Shown: positions 1-17,740 of the stretch, one piece after another
Layout: each line of letters starts with the position of its first letter
Position numbering within the stretch: the stretch's first letter is position 1
DNA from: the human T2T-CHM13v2.0 reference genome, Homo sapiens
DNA: 64,000 nt
Assembly: GCF_009914755.1 (NCBI RefSeq)
Contig: NC_060947.1
Direction: 5' to 3' (one strand)
Notes under the pieces: generated by a model
The model's input: the letters and a program-made list of their open reading frames with translations, nothing else
Told to the model about the DNA's origin: nothing
Database searches by the model: none
Program-made: the position numbers and the translations under genes

Positions 1-610
1 CTAAAGAATTGACAACTTCCTTAAAAGGAAGTACTCAGGAGCCATATTTTAATGCTCTTAGGAAAATATTTCCAAGTGGAAAATCTTTGTAATAAAAATT
101 GAGTCTGTCTTTCAGTTTGGACATATATCTGTTTAAAAAGAATAGCAACAAAGTTAATCTTTATTTCCCTTTCACAAGTATATTCTAATTGGGGAAGCTA
201 TTGTTCTGATATATTAAAGCAAAACATTGCTAAATGGTACAAATTCTATGTGCTTCTCCTTTTCCAGCCAACACACATCTGGGGAATATTATATCACTTT
301 CACGTTTAGCTCTCATCAGCTTCTTTCAAGACCTTTAACTATTTTACAGACATATCCAGACAGGTACAGGTTCTGTTCCAATCCCTACAGGTATGCATTT
401 AATTATCACTTTAAATTTTAAGACATAAAACCAGTTATAGAGCAGTGAAGAGATAAAAAGTTTTGAGTGCAAGAAATCCCCACAGGAGAGGCATGTTAAC
501 CCTTTTACTTTCTGAGGTCTCTTTTCAGTAGTGTTGGAATATTTCTTTCAGAGCCACGTGAAGGGGCAAGGAGCCCTGTCTTCCTTCTCTCCTTGAGGTG
601 CCATTAATTA

Positions 611-922
<312 letters not shown>

Positions 923-1520
923 CTATGATTTTAAACCACTAAAACTTCCTTCTCATTTAAGGATAAGCCTGTCCAAGCAGGGATGACTGGGCCAAGAACC
1001 TTACATTCGACACAGGCTCATCTTTTATTCCCTGATGAGGGAAGTAAAACCTCCTCCTCTGCTCTGTGTGCTGTGACACAGAATAGGTTTAGAAGGGAAA
1101 CCCTACAATACAGCAGGAAAGAAATGTAACTAGAAGCTACACCACCTGGATTTTAGATCTTATACTCCACTAACCAACCATGTGATCTTGGACAAATAAA
1201 TCTCTTCTCCTTGTGTATGAGTTTCCTTGTCCATCAAGCTTACCTAATGAAATTCACATCTAACTTCTTCTAAGGACTGTTATGGGAATCAAATCTATAA
1301 GCCTGAAAGACATTTCAAAATGCAAAATCGCAAAGAAATTACTTGATAATTATATATGTAGTAAAGTGAAAACCTCCTTTTCCTTCCCATTTCCAGGCTG
1401 AGAAAGACTACTTATCTCAGGATGCATATTCATCCCAAACAACTTGTATTTTTACCCTTGATTGATCCCTGAAGCCAATAAGGTTTCAGCTTTCTATGAC
1501 GTTAACAGGTACTGCATACT

Positions 1521-1702
1521 TCCAATGTTGACATCCACTGAGTTCTTACTTAGTGTTGAGATTTCATGAATCAGAAACGTCAAAGTCAAAGATGGCAGCT
1601 GTTTTACCAGCTGTTTTATCCAATGCTGACATCCACTGAGTTCTTACTTAGGGTTGAGATGCCATGCATCAGAAACGTCAAAATCAAAGATGGGAGCTGT
1701 TT
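1521..1702. repeat. Tandem duplication, two 84-bp copies (period 98)
   Basis: 1521-1604 vs 1619-1702, 7 substitutions by hand alignment. Confidence 0.95.
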
Positions 1703-1911
1703 CATTCAGCAAGGAGGCAAGTCATAAACAATGATATATCAAGTTTCACCAAAACTAAGATCATTAAGAATGAGAAATAAATAATGCCATTTAAAATTTA
1801 AGATTCCATTGATTGTGAGAAAGGAATGTTTCAATCTAGGAAAATGTATATTTTGTATTTGGTTAAAAAAAGTTTGTCATGGTTTTTAAGATTTTTGAAA
1901 ATAAGAGAACA

Positions 1912-2239
<328 letters not shown>

Positions 2240-2432
2240 TTAGTTAATAAACTGAACCTACAAAACAGAATCTATTTGCCTATCTATGTATCTATGATTA
2301 CGTGCCATGTTCCAAAAACTTGATACATGAAAATAAAATCTCATATAATCCAGAGGACTGCTGAAATATCTCAATTTTTTTCCTGTTTTGATACAAACAT
2401 TTAACTTCTTCATTTAAAAAATGACATTTATT

Positions 2433-2762
<330 letters not shown>

Positions 2763-3036
2763 CTAAAAGTAGCAAAAGTTACCGTGCAAATTATAACAAA
2801 ATCGGTAATCAAATGAGAAGTGAGAGAGATCACGATATGAGAATGAAATGAACCAATTCTAGGTATGTTGTTATTAACATGCCTCCAAAAGTCTCCTCCA
2901 TGTAGGAAAACTTATTTGTGATTAAAATTACCAAGAACAATGTTTTATGTTTAGAAATGGGTGCTGATAATACAGATTAAGAAGTAACAGTACTCTAAAT
3001 GGTAAGATGAGTTTTGTAATATAATTATGACTGTTC

Positions 3037-3206
3037 TTTGTTTTATTGTTTTTTGTTTTGACACAGGCTCTTACTCTTTTGCCCAGTCTGGACTGCAATG
3101 GCATGATCATAGCTCATTGCAACCTTGAACTCCTGGCCTCAAGCAATCCTCCTGCCTCAGCTTCCCAAAGTGCTGATATTACAGGCATTAGCCACTGTGC
3201 CCAGCC
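3037..3206 (-). mobile_element. Old Alu monomer (FRAM/FAM-like)
   Basis: Single-arm reverse Alu with a T-rich tail. Confidence 0.85.
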
Positions 3207-3223
3207 TGTTCTTTTTCTTGGAG

Positions 3224-3441
3224 CAGGAATTAAAAAACTTTTTCTATAAAGGGCCAGATATTAGATATTTTCAGCTATAAGGGCCATATAATGTTACAAG
3301 TACTCAATTCTGTTGTTGTAGCACAAAAGCAGCCATGGACAATATGTAAACAAACCAGTGTGGCTGTGTTTCAATAAAGTTTTATTTATAAAACAAGAGG
3401 CAGACCAGTTTGCCTTGCGAGTCATGGTTTGCAAACCTATG
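3224..3441 (+). mobile_element. MER58A hAT-Charlie DNA transposon
   Basis: aaactttttctataaagggccagata...gcagccatggacaat...ggctgtgtttcaataaa resembles the MER58A consensus. Confidence 0.88.
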
Positions 3442-4192
3442 CCTTAGAAGACAAATAAGCTCAGACTGCCCTGCAGGTAAACATACCGGGCCGAACATGT
3501 CTAACAGTGTAATTGTTTCCGTTGAAGAATAATGTAATCTAGAGTCCCTTCTGGGTCTGAACTTTTACAAAGGGAAAGCTTAGAGTCATGACAATATGGA
3601 ATTCTGTGCATTCTTAACAAATAATGTGAGAATGGGGAGGATGAACGGGATTGTTTTAGGCCTGTCTCCATAAGTGACTAGGCTTAAAAATGCTGAAACA
3701 GCCATCAGTGTTTTCAAGGTTCAGCCTACTTCAACACAATAGTCAGATACTTACTGCAAAATAAAACAGATGCAAAAAACACACAGGGACCTAAAAACAA
3801 TCAAAGCCACTAAAATGGAACATCAAGTCTTGAGTTATTTAACCGTTGGGCTGAAGCAATTCATCAAAGCTCCTCACATTAAATGGCATCTGTTTTCCCC
3901 ACCTTTCAAGTTTCAATTAACCTTTCATGCCAGAAGGGATCACATTCAAACACCTGAGTCCCATTTTAATAAACTGGATTTGGTTCAGAACACCTCACAG
4001 TTACCTCAGAGAATGGCAATTACAGAAACCTGCTCTTGAATTTGAAATTTACAGGAAGAAAGGTTTCAAATGACCTTCAATTATATCTTCCTTCTCAGCG
4101 ATCAGATGTAAAAATATCAGCCCAGAGTCACTGATATTTAGGGATAATAAATTTATAAAACAAACACCTTGTTCCTCAAGATTCTATAAACA

Positions 4193-4485
<293 letters not shown>

Positions 4486-4719
4486 TTATTTTTGTGCCTA
4501 TAGATGTATAGTTTGTGTATGGAATAGGGTAGAAAATTAAAGTTAAGAGCACAACAGTCACTCCACTAGACAGTGTGCTCTAATTGTGTTGACAAGGATT
4601 ACCAATGCGGGTAAAAATTCAGAATAAATAGTTGATTCAGATACCTCACAGAGCTGTGACCCACAAGCCTATAACACATAATACAAAGTAAATATCATTG
4701 TGTTACTTTTGTACAGCTT

Positions 4720-4890
4720 GATAAGCTCTGTACCATGCACTTACATTCATTATCTATTTTAATAAACACCGTGTAAGATCAATAGGATAAATCCCTCATT
4801 TGAAAAATGAGGTTGAAGACACAGGTTAATTGATTTAACTGAATTCATAGAGTAAGTTGGTTTTGCAGTTAGGATTAGAATCAAGTTACC
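4720..4890 (-). mobile_element. MIR relic
   Basis: Degenerate MIR core (ccctcatttgaaaaatgagg...ggttaa...ggattagaatc). Confidence 0.55.
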
Positions 4891-4939
4891 ATCATTCACA
4901 GCTGAGATCTTTCATCCAGGAGAAAATAAGCCCCACAAA

Positions 4940-5040
4940 AGCTGGAATTTTTGCGTGATTTTTTTACTGCCACATCTCTACCAAACTGCAGGGCACATTA
5001 TAGGTATTCAAAAAGTTCATGTTGAATAAATGAATGAATA
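4940..5040 (+). mobile_element. L2 3' end
   Basis: taggtattcaaaaag...gttgaataaatgaatgaat terminus. Confidence 0.55.
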
Positions 5041-6002
5041 GATATTTTTAAAATAGTTAAAGTAGGAACACAGAAAAGGTAAAAGCAGAACACAAACAAA
5101 GACATGGGATGGCCTCACTCTCCTTATCCTTGCAGCAAATCACCAGTTTTGTTTATTTCTGCTATGTTTTTTCTACATCTCAAGGGGCCCAAACCCACTA
5201 TGACCCCTGGTGATTGGCCAAGCGGAGTTGACCAGGAACAACACTCAGATAATCAGTGAGGGATCAAAAGAGGGATCAAAATCAAGGAGTTTTAGACCCA
5301 GTCTTTCTACCTGGAGGGTTGACCGTTGACAAGCCATTCGTCTGAGGAGCCTCAACTTCCCAGTCCTTCCTGGCTTCCACACGTAACTCTTGGGGACTTA
5401 CTATCTGCCTTGCTTAACTACAGGAGTATGGGAAAGGTCAAGTAAGATTATGAAGATATTTTACACACAATACATATTGATGAAGCCATTATTGTCCTAA
5501 TTCTGCATTCATTTTCTCAGAATAAGATCCAGAGTGAAACATAGGCAATGGGATTACACTAGCATTTATTTGCTATAGTGGATGAAGACCAGACCAATGT
5601 CTCTGGATCCTTGGAAGAGTTCCCTTTCACCCCCCAGTTCTGTTCAAAGATAATCCATAACATCATTTCATTCTGATGTCGGGGGCACCTCTTCTGGCCA
5701 AGACCCTCAACTGAGCTCTCCTGACTGCCAAAATGGACTCTTTTGACTCATTCTCTACTATTCTCCCCAAACCTTCAGATTCTCCTACTTCTCAAGTCCA
5801 CTGTCCTTGGAATCCTTGGAACCAGGCAGTCTGCTTGGCCTTGTGTCTGGTTACTTCTCAGCAGAATCCAGGCTGGTACAGGGCCTGTGCCCCCTGTATT
5901 CCATAGGGAAGACAGTCCAGTAAAGCAGATCTCCTTTTTTGCACTATTGGTGATTTTAGACAGTGGTCCTCTAGGACAATATTACACATTCTCCCAATAA
6001 GG

Positions 6003-6230
6003 ATGATAGAGAGATGAATGGGTAGATACAAGGGTGGATGGCTGGATGGATGAATGGATGGATAGATAGACAAATAGATATAGATAGATAATAGATAGAT
6101 GGATAGCCGGATGGATGGATAGCTGGATGGATGGATGGATGATGGATGGATGGATGGATGGATGGATGGATGGATGGATGGATGGATGGCTTGCTGGCTG
6201 GCTGGCTGGATAGATGAACAGATAGATACT
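6003..6230. repeat. Compound (GGAT)n/(GATA)n/(GGCT)n microsatellite
   Basis: Directly visible tetranucleotide runs. Confidence 0.95.
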
Positions 6231-6683
6231 AATCTAACTAATAGTTAGCTGAAGTAAGATGCCTCCTGTACAGTTAAAAGCGGGCAAGCATTCTGCCCAG
6301 GATATGAGGAGGAACCCCGAGGGGAACAAAGAGATGAAAATATTTGAGAAACACCATTAGCAATAATATGAGTCTCTTCTCCCAAATGGCATGAATACTT
6401 CAAAAGCATGTAAAAACTACTCAGAATAGCTATGATGTAAGGTGGGAGGGTGGTGACAATCTATACCTTTAGAAAGCCTGTAGTCTTCCATCTACACATC
6501 ATATTTTTTTTTTTGGTCTGGTTAGCCAATAATGCAAGCAGTGGGTAGCCAGGTTTTAAGAAGGCTCTATATTTTTTACATGAATTTACGTATATCCACA
6601 CACACCTGCAGTTAATGATCTCCCCAAGCTGCAGAAGAATAAGAAGGCCCATTCATTCCCATGACCCCACGTAAGCATAGTCA

Positions 6684-6887
<204 letters not shown>

Positions 6888-7037
6888 TTATTCTAGTTAG
6901 TTTAGAAAACCAAAGAATCAGCTGCTCTTTTTAACTGGGTATAACACGAATCTGAGCAAAAGCATCATTACAGAACGCGGACCAAAAAATGTATTTCAAC
7001 ACAATTGGAAAGGAAAAGTTACAGCGCCCGGCAGTGA

Positions 7038-7442
<405 letters not shown>

Positions 7443-7939
7443 TAAAGGTTGTTGTTTCATGGGATTTTTTTCCTCATAAAAGTTAATATTACATTTCTTT
7501 TAAATTGGCAGCATAGGGCTATTTTTTGTACACTCTTCTACAAGTGAAAATGCATTGTATTAAATTTATGTCTGTATGTATGTACACATATGTATTATTG
7601 TTAACTTGTGTCCTTATCTCAATGAATCCAACAGCACTCAGATACATCGAGTTTAATCACTCCATTAAAATACATTGAATAAATCTGTTAGATTATGACA
7701 TGAGAGTCTCATAACAGAAAATAAGGTTTGCTTAAACATACATGCATATAACTTATTACTATATACATTCTAATAAATCAAAGACACTAGCCAGACTCCA
7801 TTGTTCAAGAACGTTTGTAATAATAAATAGTAAGATTGTTGGATAAACAAATTATATGCACATATAATATAGTTTATTACTAATATACACTATATATATT
7901 ATATATACACACATGATATATAAAATATATATACTCTGA

Positions 7940-8308
<369 letters not shown>

Positions 8309-8756
8309 TCATGGTTGAAAAAAAAAATGTTACATTCATATGCATGGAAACTTGATCCTCAAAATTATATTTAATGCAAGTTGTAATTTTAAACATTAAT
8401 AGTCATATAGTCAGATGTCAGTCATCTAAATATAAGCATAGCCCTAGCTCTCATACATTCATGGTTATTTTATCTATATTATTTCTATTTCATTATTGAT
8501 GAGTTTTCAAATGACAGTAGAAATTCTCAGTTAAATTTCAGATATGTATAATGTAGAATTCCAGATATATGGTGAAGCAATACTACTTTTGCACTCTGTT
8601 TTCTAGTAATCTCTTCCATGTTTTAAAATACAGATACAGTTAGAAGATACACTGGAAAACTCTGAAGAAACTTAATTTTCAATATTTGTTGCCATCTTTT
8701 TATCAATTATATGTATGAAATCAACTGCCCCTGTGCCAACTGTCAATTCTTTATAA

Positions 8757-8940
8757 CAATAATGCTCAAAGTGTGATCAATTACTGATATTATGGGCATC
8801 CTTTGGAGTTTGTGTGAAATGAAAATTCATGGGCCTCATTCTCAACCTACAGTCTGAATCTCTGGGACCAGGGTCCAGGAATCTATTTTAACAAGTTCTA
8901 CTGAAAATTCTGATGCTTAGTAAACTTTAAAAAGAACTGC
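8757..8940. mobile_element. MER5A DNA transposon
   Basis: ctcaaagtgtg...gaatctctggg...ccaggaatct...ttttaacaag...ttctgatgc. Confidence 0.75.
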
Positions 8941-8944
8941 CATT

Positions 8945-10283
<1,339 letters not shown>

Positions 10284-10994
10284 TATGTGGCTAACAACGT
10301 CTGAAAATAAGCATGTGATTTTTGTTTTCTCTTATTGCTAAAAATATAAATTATAAAAATATGCTGCTACATGTGTACACAGTTGCATTTTCACAACTAT
10401 AGATATCGGTGCACAAAAAGTCTCAAGCCTTTGAAATCTCCATAATCCCACATAACCATGGTCCTGAGAGCTTGTGGAATTGTCAAATACCTTATACAAA
10501 ACAAATACTATTTACAAAAACAGGCATATTTCTGGAATGCTAATCAAAGCAATACACAACACACTTGTTTTGCTATTAATCCAGAAGCTCTGCCAAGTCT
10601 AGCATCAGTATATGTCATTCATTTAAAGCTCTATTTTAATTGCATTCCTGCTTCAGATCCAGTAACTAGTAATCAGCAGTATCTAAAGACATTTTTCAAA
10701 ATGTTATTAATGACAGCCAACATTTTCTTTTAATAATCCTCCATGAAATCTCTCTGACAAGCACAACCTATATACAATCATCTGAGTAAATGTTTGCAGG
10801 ATAAGTTTGCCAAAAGTCTATTTCTTTATAATACTCTGGCCAGTTAAAAAAAAAAAGATTTCAACAAAAGCTAAAGTGTTGCGGGAGAAAACGACAATGA
10901 CACACTTTCTCTCATACTTCATGTAGAACAAAAAACTTCCTATTTCTGCAAGCAATTTAAAAAAAAAAAAAGGTATGTCAAAAGACTGCAGCCC

Positions 10995-11650
10995 TGCCAG
11001 AGGTGTTAGAACCCAAAGGACTCTATCTTGAACAGGGGCTGGGTAAAATGAGGCCAAGAACTGCTAGGCTGCATTATCAGGAGGTTAGGCATTCTTAGTC
11101 ACAGGATGAGATAAGAGGTTGGCAGGACTAGTTGCACAAGATACAGGTCACAAAGACCCCAGTGATGAAACAGGATGCAGTAAAGAAGTCAGTCAAAACC
11201 CACCAAAACCAAGATGGCAAATGAAAGCAACCTCTGGTTGTCCATGTGCTCATTATGCACTAATTATAAGGCATTAGCATGCTAAAAGACACTCCCACCA
11301 GTGCCATGACAGTTTACAAGTGCCATGGCAATGTCCAGAAGCTACCCTATATGGTCTAAAAGGGGGAGGAAACCTCAGTTCCAGAACTCCCCACCCTTTT
11401 CCCAGAAAACTCATAAATAATCTACCCCTTATTTAGCATATAATCTAGAAATAATGATAAGTTTACTCAATCAAGCAGCCCATGCCATTGTTCTGCCTAT
11501 GGCACAGCCACCCTTTTATTCCTTTACTTTCTTAATAAACTTGCTTTCACTTTACTCTGTAGCCTTGCTCTTGAATTCCTTCCTGCATGAAGCCAAGAAC
11601 CCATGTGGCCTCCCAGACTGAACTCCAATTTTGGGGTTTACCTTGTGACA
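10995..11650 (+). mobile_element. MER41-family ERV1 solo LTR
   Basis: TG...CA ends, imperfect TSD gccc/accc, body resembles MER41B (gctgggtaaaatgagg, gtcacaggatgagata, aataaacttgctttcac); 3' end differs from MER41B so subfamily is uncertain. Confidence 0.9.
11399..11407. promoter_or_regulatory. GAS (STAT) motif TTCCCAGAA within the MER41 LTR
   Basis: TTCN3GAA at the position of the second MER41B GAS site. Confidence 0.5.
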
Positions 11651-11989
11651 ACCCCACATCTCTCTTCCACGAGAGGAGTGATTATGAGAGAAATACTACT
11701 ACCAGGAGACAATTGCTTTAGAATGTATTACATAAACTCCTATAGGCGCCATGATCATGTACTGCCTAAAACTATCCAAAACAGTAACCAAAGTTTATAT
11801 TTTTAGCAAAGGTTTTAGGCTTTCAAGTTTTAGGATGATAGACTAAAATCATTTCTTCCGAGGCTACTGCTTCAATTCCAATGAAGAAACACTTTAAATT
11901 TCAAAGAAAAATATGTAGATTGAGAGAGCTAATCGCATATGTCATCGTTTGGCAGGTAGATACTAAGTATGTTTCTACTTAACATAGAA

Positions 11990-12490
<501 letters not shown>

Positions 12491-13249
12491 GCTTTAGCAC
12501 ACTCAAATAAAGGGTATTTTCCATGATAAAGCACTTTATGCCACTTGCTACAGGGGATTCATGAGACAATGTATATAAAAGATATCTGTACACTGAAAAG
12601 TACTTTGCAAATCCATGGGATTAGTAAACTATGGTGCTCCCAGATCTCTCTGGGATTCAGTTCCAGAATGCCCTAGGTGTTACGCATTCCAAGACCTTCA
12701 TATAAGCACAACCAATAAGACTATTTCATGTCACAGAGAGAGACCTCCAACTCATGAGTGGAAGTACTGATCAACAAGGAAATTGTGGATACTACTTTGT
12801 GAATCACCACCTGGCCAGTTTGGCACCAAATTCCATACTTTACATTTAACCAAACACTTTCATAAAAGGACAGCAGAAGAAATGTTCTTACCAAAACAGC
12901 CATCACAATAAATTCTAAAGCAAAAAAGGTTCACACGAAATTCAAAATTTTACATTATCCAATAATCAACAAGTGGAACTCGTGATCAGATTATGCTAAA
13001 TGAATAGAACCCATGCTAAAACAAAGAAGCAGCAGGTCCATAGATTTCAATCTGTTCGAATTAGCAACAAATTAGCTAAATCAACAATATGGATTAATAT
13101 TTCTAATGTGCAAAGTACTTATCTAGTCACCAAGACAGGGGGAAATGTGGCATGATTCATTCTGCCCTGAGGGAGCATGGAATCTCTTATGGGAGAAAAG
13201 TATGTAGATAAATAAGTCCGCATCAGTGAATCATAAAATAAACGAGTTA

Positions 13250-13580
<331 letters not shown>

Positions 13581-13599
13581 GTCATAAGAAATGAAAAAA

Positions 13600-14350
13600 A
13601 GGATATGTATTTTCATAGAGGATCATTGAAAAGAACTTCACAGAACTAGGGACCCATAAATCAGCTTAGAAGGGTGACTGTGACTAGAACTTGACCAGCT
13701 GTAAGTAAATTTGGGATAAGGATAATATTGAATGTATGGAGTGGGGAGTATGGTGTCTGATTGCTAGTAGGAGAAAACACATAGCAGAAAACAAGGCTGG
13801 AAGGATAGCCCTTGGATTCAATGAGGAGCCACTGACACACTCAGAACTAATTGTTTGTTCCAACTTGTGTTTATGAAGACTTGGGTGTTGGAACAGAAGA
13901 TGGATTAGAGAGGTGAGACATTGCAGTAAAGTAAACCAGAGCAAAAGTCTTTACAACGTCTTCCAATCTTCTGTCTGCCATTTCTAGTGTCAGTATGCCA
14001 CCAGGGTGTCAGAGGACATTGGGTGAAAGGAGGAAAAGGATGTTAACCTATGAAAGGGAATATGGAAGTGCAATCTCATCAACATGGTTACCAATTTGTT
14101 TTGAGAAGTGGGGATGAGAGAAATCAAATGGGGAAAGGCACCAAAGTTTCCAATCTAGATCTCAAGGGAACTGATGGTGTCACCAAGACGAAGGAAGAAG
14201 GAGAAACAAGCATGGGGAAAGATACGGAACTGAGTGCTTAACACAGCGAGTTAGAGGTGTCCAGGGTACGTACAAGGAGTGTTGTCCAACAAGCTATTGA
14301 AATTGTGGATATGCAGTTTAGGATAAAGGTTAAAGCTAATGATGGCATTT
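13600..14350 (-). mobile_element. L2 relic
   Basis: Purine-rich degenerate antisense L2-like motifs; boundaries approximate. Confidence 0.45.
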
Positions 14351-15279
14351 ATAAGTTTCTTTTGTCTTTCTCTCTCATCATTAATTTATTCCTTTTACAA
14401 CCATTTCCTGAGTTCTAACTATAACCACAGTATCATGCTAAGTGATGGGCCTATGGCTAAATCTATGAACTACACAAGGGACTGCCTTCAAGGACCTTAA
14501 GTCTCTACAAAGATCATAGCATGTACATTTACAAGCAAACGTCAAAGATACAGATAAAGAGGTACAGACAAAATTAAATTGGAGTGTCAAAAATTTTAGG
14601 AGTTGGGCTATGCGAAAACTAGAATGGCAACCTGTATGAGATTTCATGGTTTAGTAAAGTTTTTTTTTCTTTAATCTGTTTTGTTCTCTCTTTACGTGTT
14701 TGTGCTTCAAAATGAGGTGACTGGAACACGTTAATAGGCAGAAAACAAAGGATCAAACGGAGGAAGTCTGACTGAAGATCAGGATGATTGAAGATGTAGA
14801 AGAAGTAGGAAATTATCAATTGATCAAGGTCCCAGAGACTGTTGTAGGGGTTACAATATGAAAACAATGAATTTTAGAGAGGCAACGTATCACTCCTATC
14901 ATTGAACCCAACCCTATACAGCTTCCAGATTTGAAAACTGAAACATTTTCACAGAGGCAACGGCCAAGTGGTAGGGTTTAGATCCATGGCTCTGCCTAGG
15001 ACTGGACATGAACGTACAGTTTCACTCCAGCTTAGAGGATGTAAGCATTTGGATGTAGGGAAATGTGACAATGATCATGTGGCATGTTGATAACCTGTGT
15101 GAATAAGCCACAGGTTTCCAATATGGTGGGAAGGCACTGATGTTTAGATGTGTGTGCCTTCGTGGATGCAATTCTGGTGGCTGGGCTTTAGTAGTCTTGA
15201 ATGGATAGATAAGTCAGGCCACTTCCCAGGTGAGGGACTCTGAAACTCATGATTCTAGCCAAGTCTGAAGGCAACCAAA

Positions 15280-15510
15280 AGAGCACTGAGTTTTAGATTT
15301 GGACTGACCCAGAGGAGAATCCCTCATCTACCTCAAGCTAAATGATTTTTTCCCATTCAAGTTTTATTTTAACCTCTCTCAACTATACGTTTCTGATACA
15401 TAAAACAGTGAAAAAATATTTGCTCAGGTGGACTTTTTTCAAATGAAATTTATAAAGACCACCTTTTAAGGTGTCTACACATAGTAGGTACTTAGTGAAT
15501 CTAGTTCTCT
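15280..15510 (+). mobile_element. MIR relic
   Basis: aagagcactgag...aacctctctc...cacatagtaggtacttagt. Confidence 0.5.
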
Positions 15511-17364
15511 TCCATTTCTAGGGGACCAATAAGGAGACTTTATTTTATAGTTCTTTCATATTTCCCTAATGCCTACCTACATTTTCCCTTTTAATTGGAA
15601 AAGAAATTCAAATTTCTCTTAATTCCAGTCTCTCAAGCATGTTCTAATAATTGTTTTTAAAGTGCCACATTTCTTGCCCACATTTCCAAAAGCTAAGATT
15701 GAATGGTGTGGTAATATTCTGTGTGTGGCCAGAACATGGAATGAGAAGGGATATCCTGAGACCATAGCCCAGTACCTTTTCTTTCACTAAAGTATTTTCT
15801 GTTGAATAATTAAAAAATCAAATAATGCCTTATACTTAATTTTGTCTGGAGTATTGCCTGGATATAAAGAATAAGCCTTGGGGTTCTTAAAAAAAAAAAA
15901 CCTCCAACTTTTTATTTTATATGGGTATACATTCATATCATATAACAATGCTATCTACAAAAGTTTGCAAAGACCATTTCTGTTTTCTGAATTAATGGCA
16001 GCAAGTTTCTCTAAAAAGCTGTGGACCTGCTTTTTAGATGAAAGCTGTTTTTTTCTCCCAAATATATTTCCTAAAATATGTGCACCCTACTGCCTTTAGA
16101 AGTATTCATGGCCTCCCTCCAGCTCTAAATTGGTACTGTATAGAAATTGTTACAATCCTGTGTGTCGAAAAGTGCACTGTGTCTTGCCAAAATAATGAAA
16201 TCTTTTGGCAGACAGCCCTCTGAAGTGCAGTTGAACAATCATTGCAGCCTCAATCACAGAGGATTAGCATGCCAGCCTAGCACAACCACAACAGCATCAG
16301 GCCTGAGACGTTCGCATCACAAATCAACTTGCTCTGAAACGTCCGAAGGGCAATGACTCTCTCACTGCGAAACTTATCAGGAAACACGGGCCTCATTTTA
16401 TCACAACTACTTTTTCACAACAAAGGGAGTCCTTGGAGTTTCGGGGGAAGTGTTTAGAAACTACATAAGTAAATGAGAGGAAAGCAATCAGAAAACCATA
16501 CTCTCAGTGTAATTCTTTTCCACTTAATTAAGTTTCTTGAAGTAGACAAAGTCATGGAATTCTCTTACCTGGAAGACAAAGCATACCTTCTTTGCATTCC
16601 TATTTTTCAACCGCAATCTTCTAATATGGCATTTTTGGTACAGTATTGAAGCTTCAAATAGTATTCCCATGGTCACTGCTCAAATTTAAAAGATATTAAT
16701 TATGAAGAGAAAGTGCTAACTTTCCAGTGTAGAAACCTAGCAGAGCGCACCTTAACAAAAGGATCAAAGATATTGCCTCCAAGAATGGGGGAAGAAAGCA
16801 AAACGAAACTCAGGTGTCTCCTGAAAGGATGCACTAGCAAGGACTCAGCATCTCACAGAGGCAGGATTCCTGCCCATTATAGAGAACCTGAATCTAACCA
16901 AGAGGAAATACCAAACAATCTACAAAGCAATTAGCCTCTAGTCTTCAAAAATATCAATGTCCTGAAAGACAAAGAAAGACTGAGGAATGGTTCCAGACCA
17001 AAGGAGACTAAAGATACATGACAACAAATGCCACACATAATGAAGAATTGGATCCTGAATCAGACAAAATAAGGCTATAAAGAACATTATCGGGACAATC
17101 AGTGAAGTTTAAATATAAACCGTAGATTAGATGTTGGCGTTACATCAATGTTAAATCACCTACACTTGATAATTTTATCAAATGATGTTGGTATTATATC
17201 AGTGTTATCACTTACATTTGATAATTCCATTCTCTTAGTAGATTCTCTTAGTAGTTACTAAGAGAATGCACTTGTTCTTAAGAAATGCATGCTTAATTAC
17301 TTGGAGGTAAAGAATCATGATGCCTGCATCTTCTTTTCAAATGATTGGAAAAAAATGATTATAA

Positions 17365-17452
17365 GTGTATGTGTGTGTATATATACACATAGTATATATG
17401 TATACGTTATACATTTGTGTATATATACATATATGTATATGCAGAGAGAGAG
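17365..17452. repeat. (TG/TA/GA) dinucleotide tract
   Basis: Directly visible. Confidence 0.8.
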
Positions 17453-17534
17453 AATATGATGAAGCAAATATAGCCAAAAAAAAGAAAAAGAAAAGGAAAA
17501 AAAGGAAAGGTAACGACTGGTAAGTCTAGATTGG

Positions 17535-17740
17535 GTCAAGCAACTAGAAACCAGGGACCAAATGTGGCCCACCTCTTGTTTTTGTAAATAAAGTTTTATT
17601 GGAACAGAGCCATGTCTGTTCATTTACATATTGCCTGTGGCTGCTTTTGCACTACAGCAGCAGAGTTGAGTAGTTGCAACAGATGACCAAGCCAGCAAAG
17701 AATATTTATAAATCTTTGACAGAGAGCTTGCAATACCCTG
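17535..17740 (-). mobile_element. MER58A
   Basis: tttttgtaaataaagttttattggaacagagccat...gcagagttgagtagttgcaacaga. Confidence 0.88.

Noticed and set aside
1521-1702. CRISPR-like repeat array
   Set aside because: Only two long copies, no unique spacers, eukaryotic context.
6606-6628. 23-nt minus-strand exon-like unit (ttcttctgcag|...CAG|gtgtgt)
   Set aside because: Weak donor and frameshifting; not distinguishable from chance.
13996-14012. CTCF-like ccaccagggtgtcag
   Set aside because: Mismatched core inside a probable L2 relic; cannot be supported without data.
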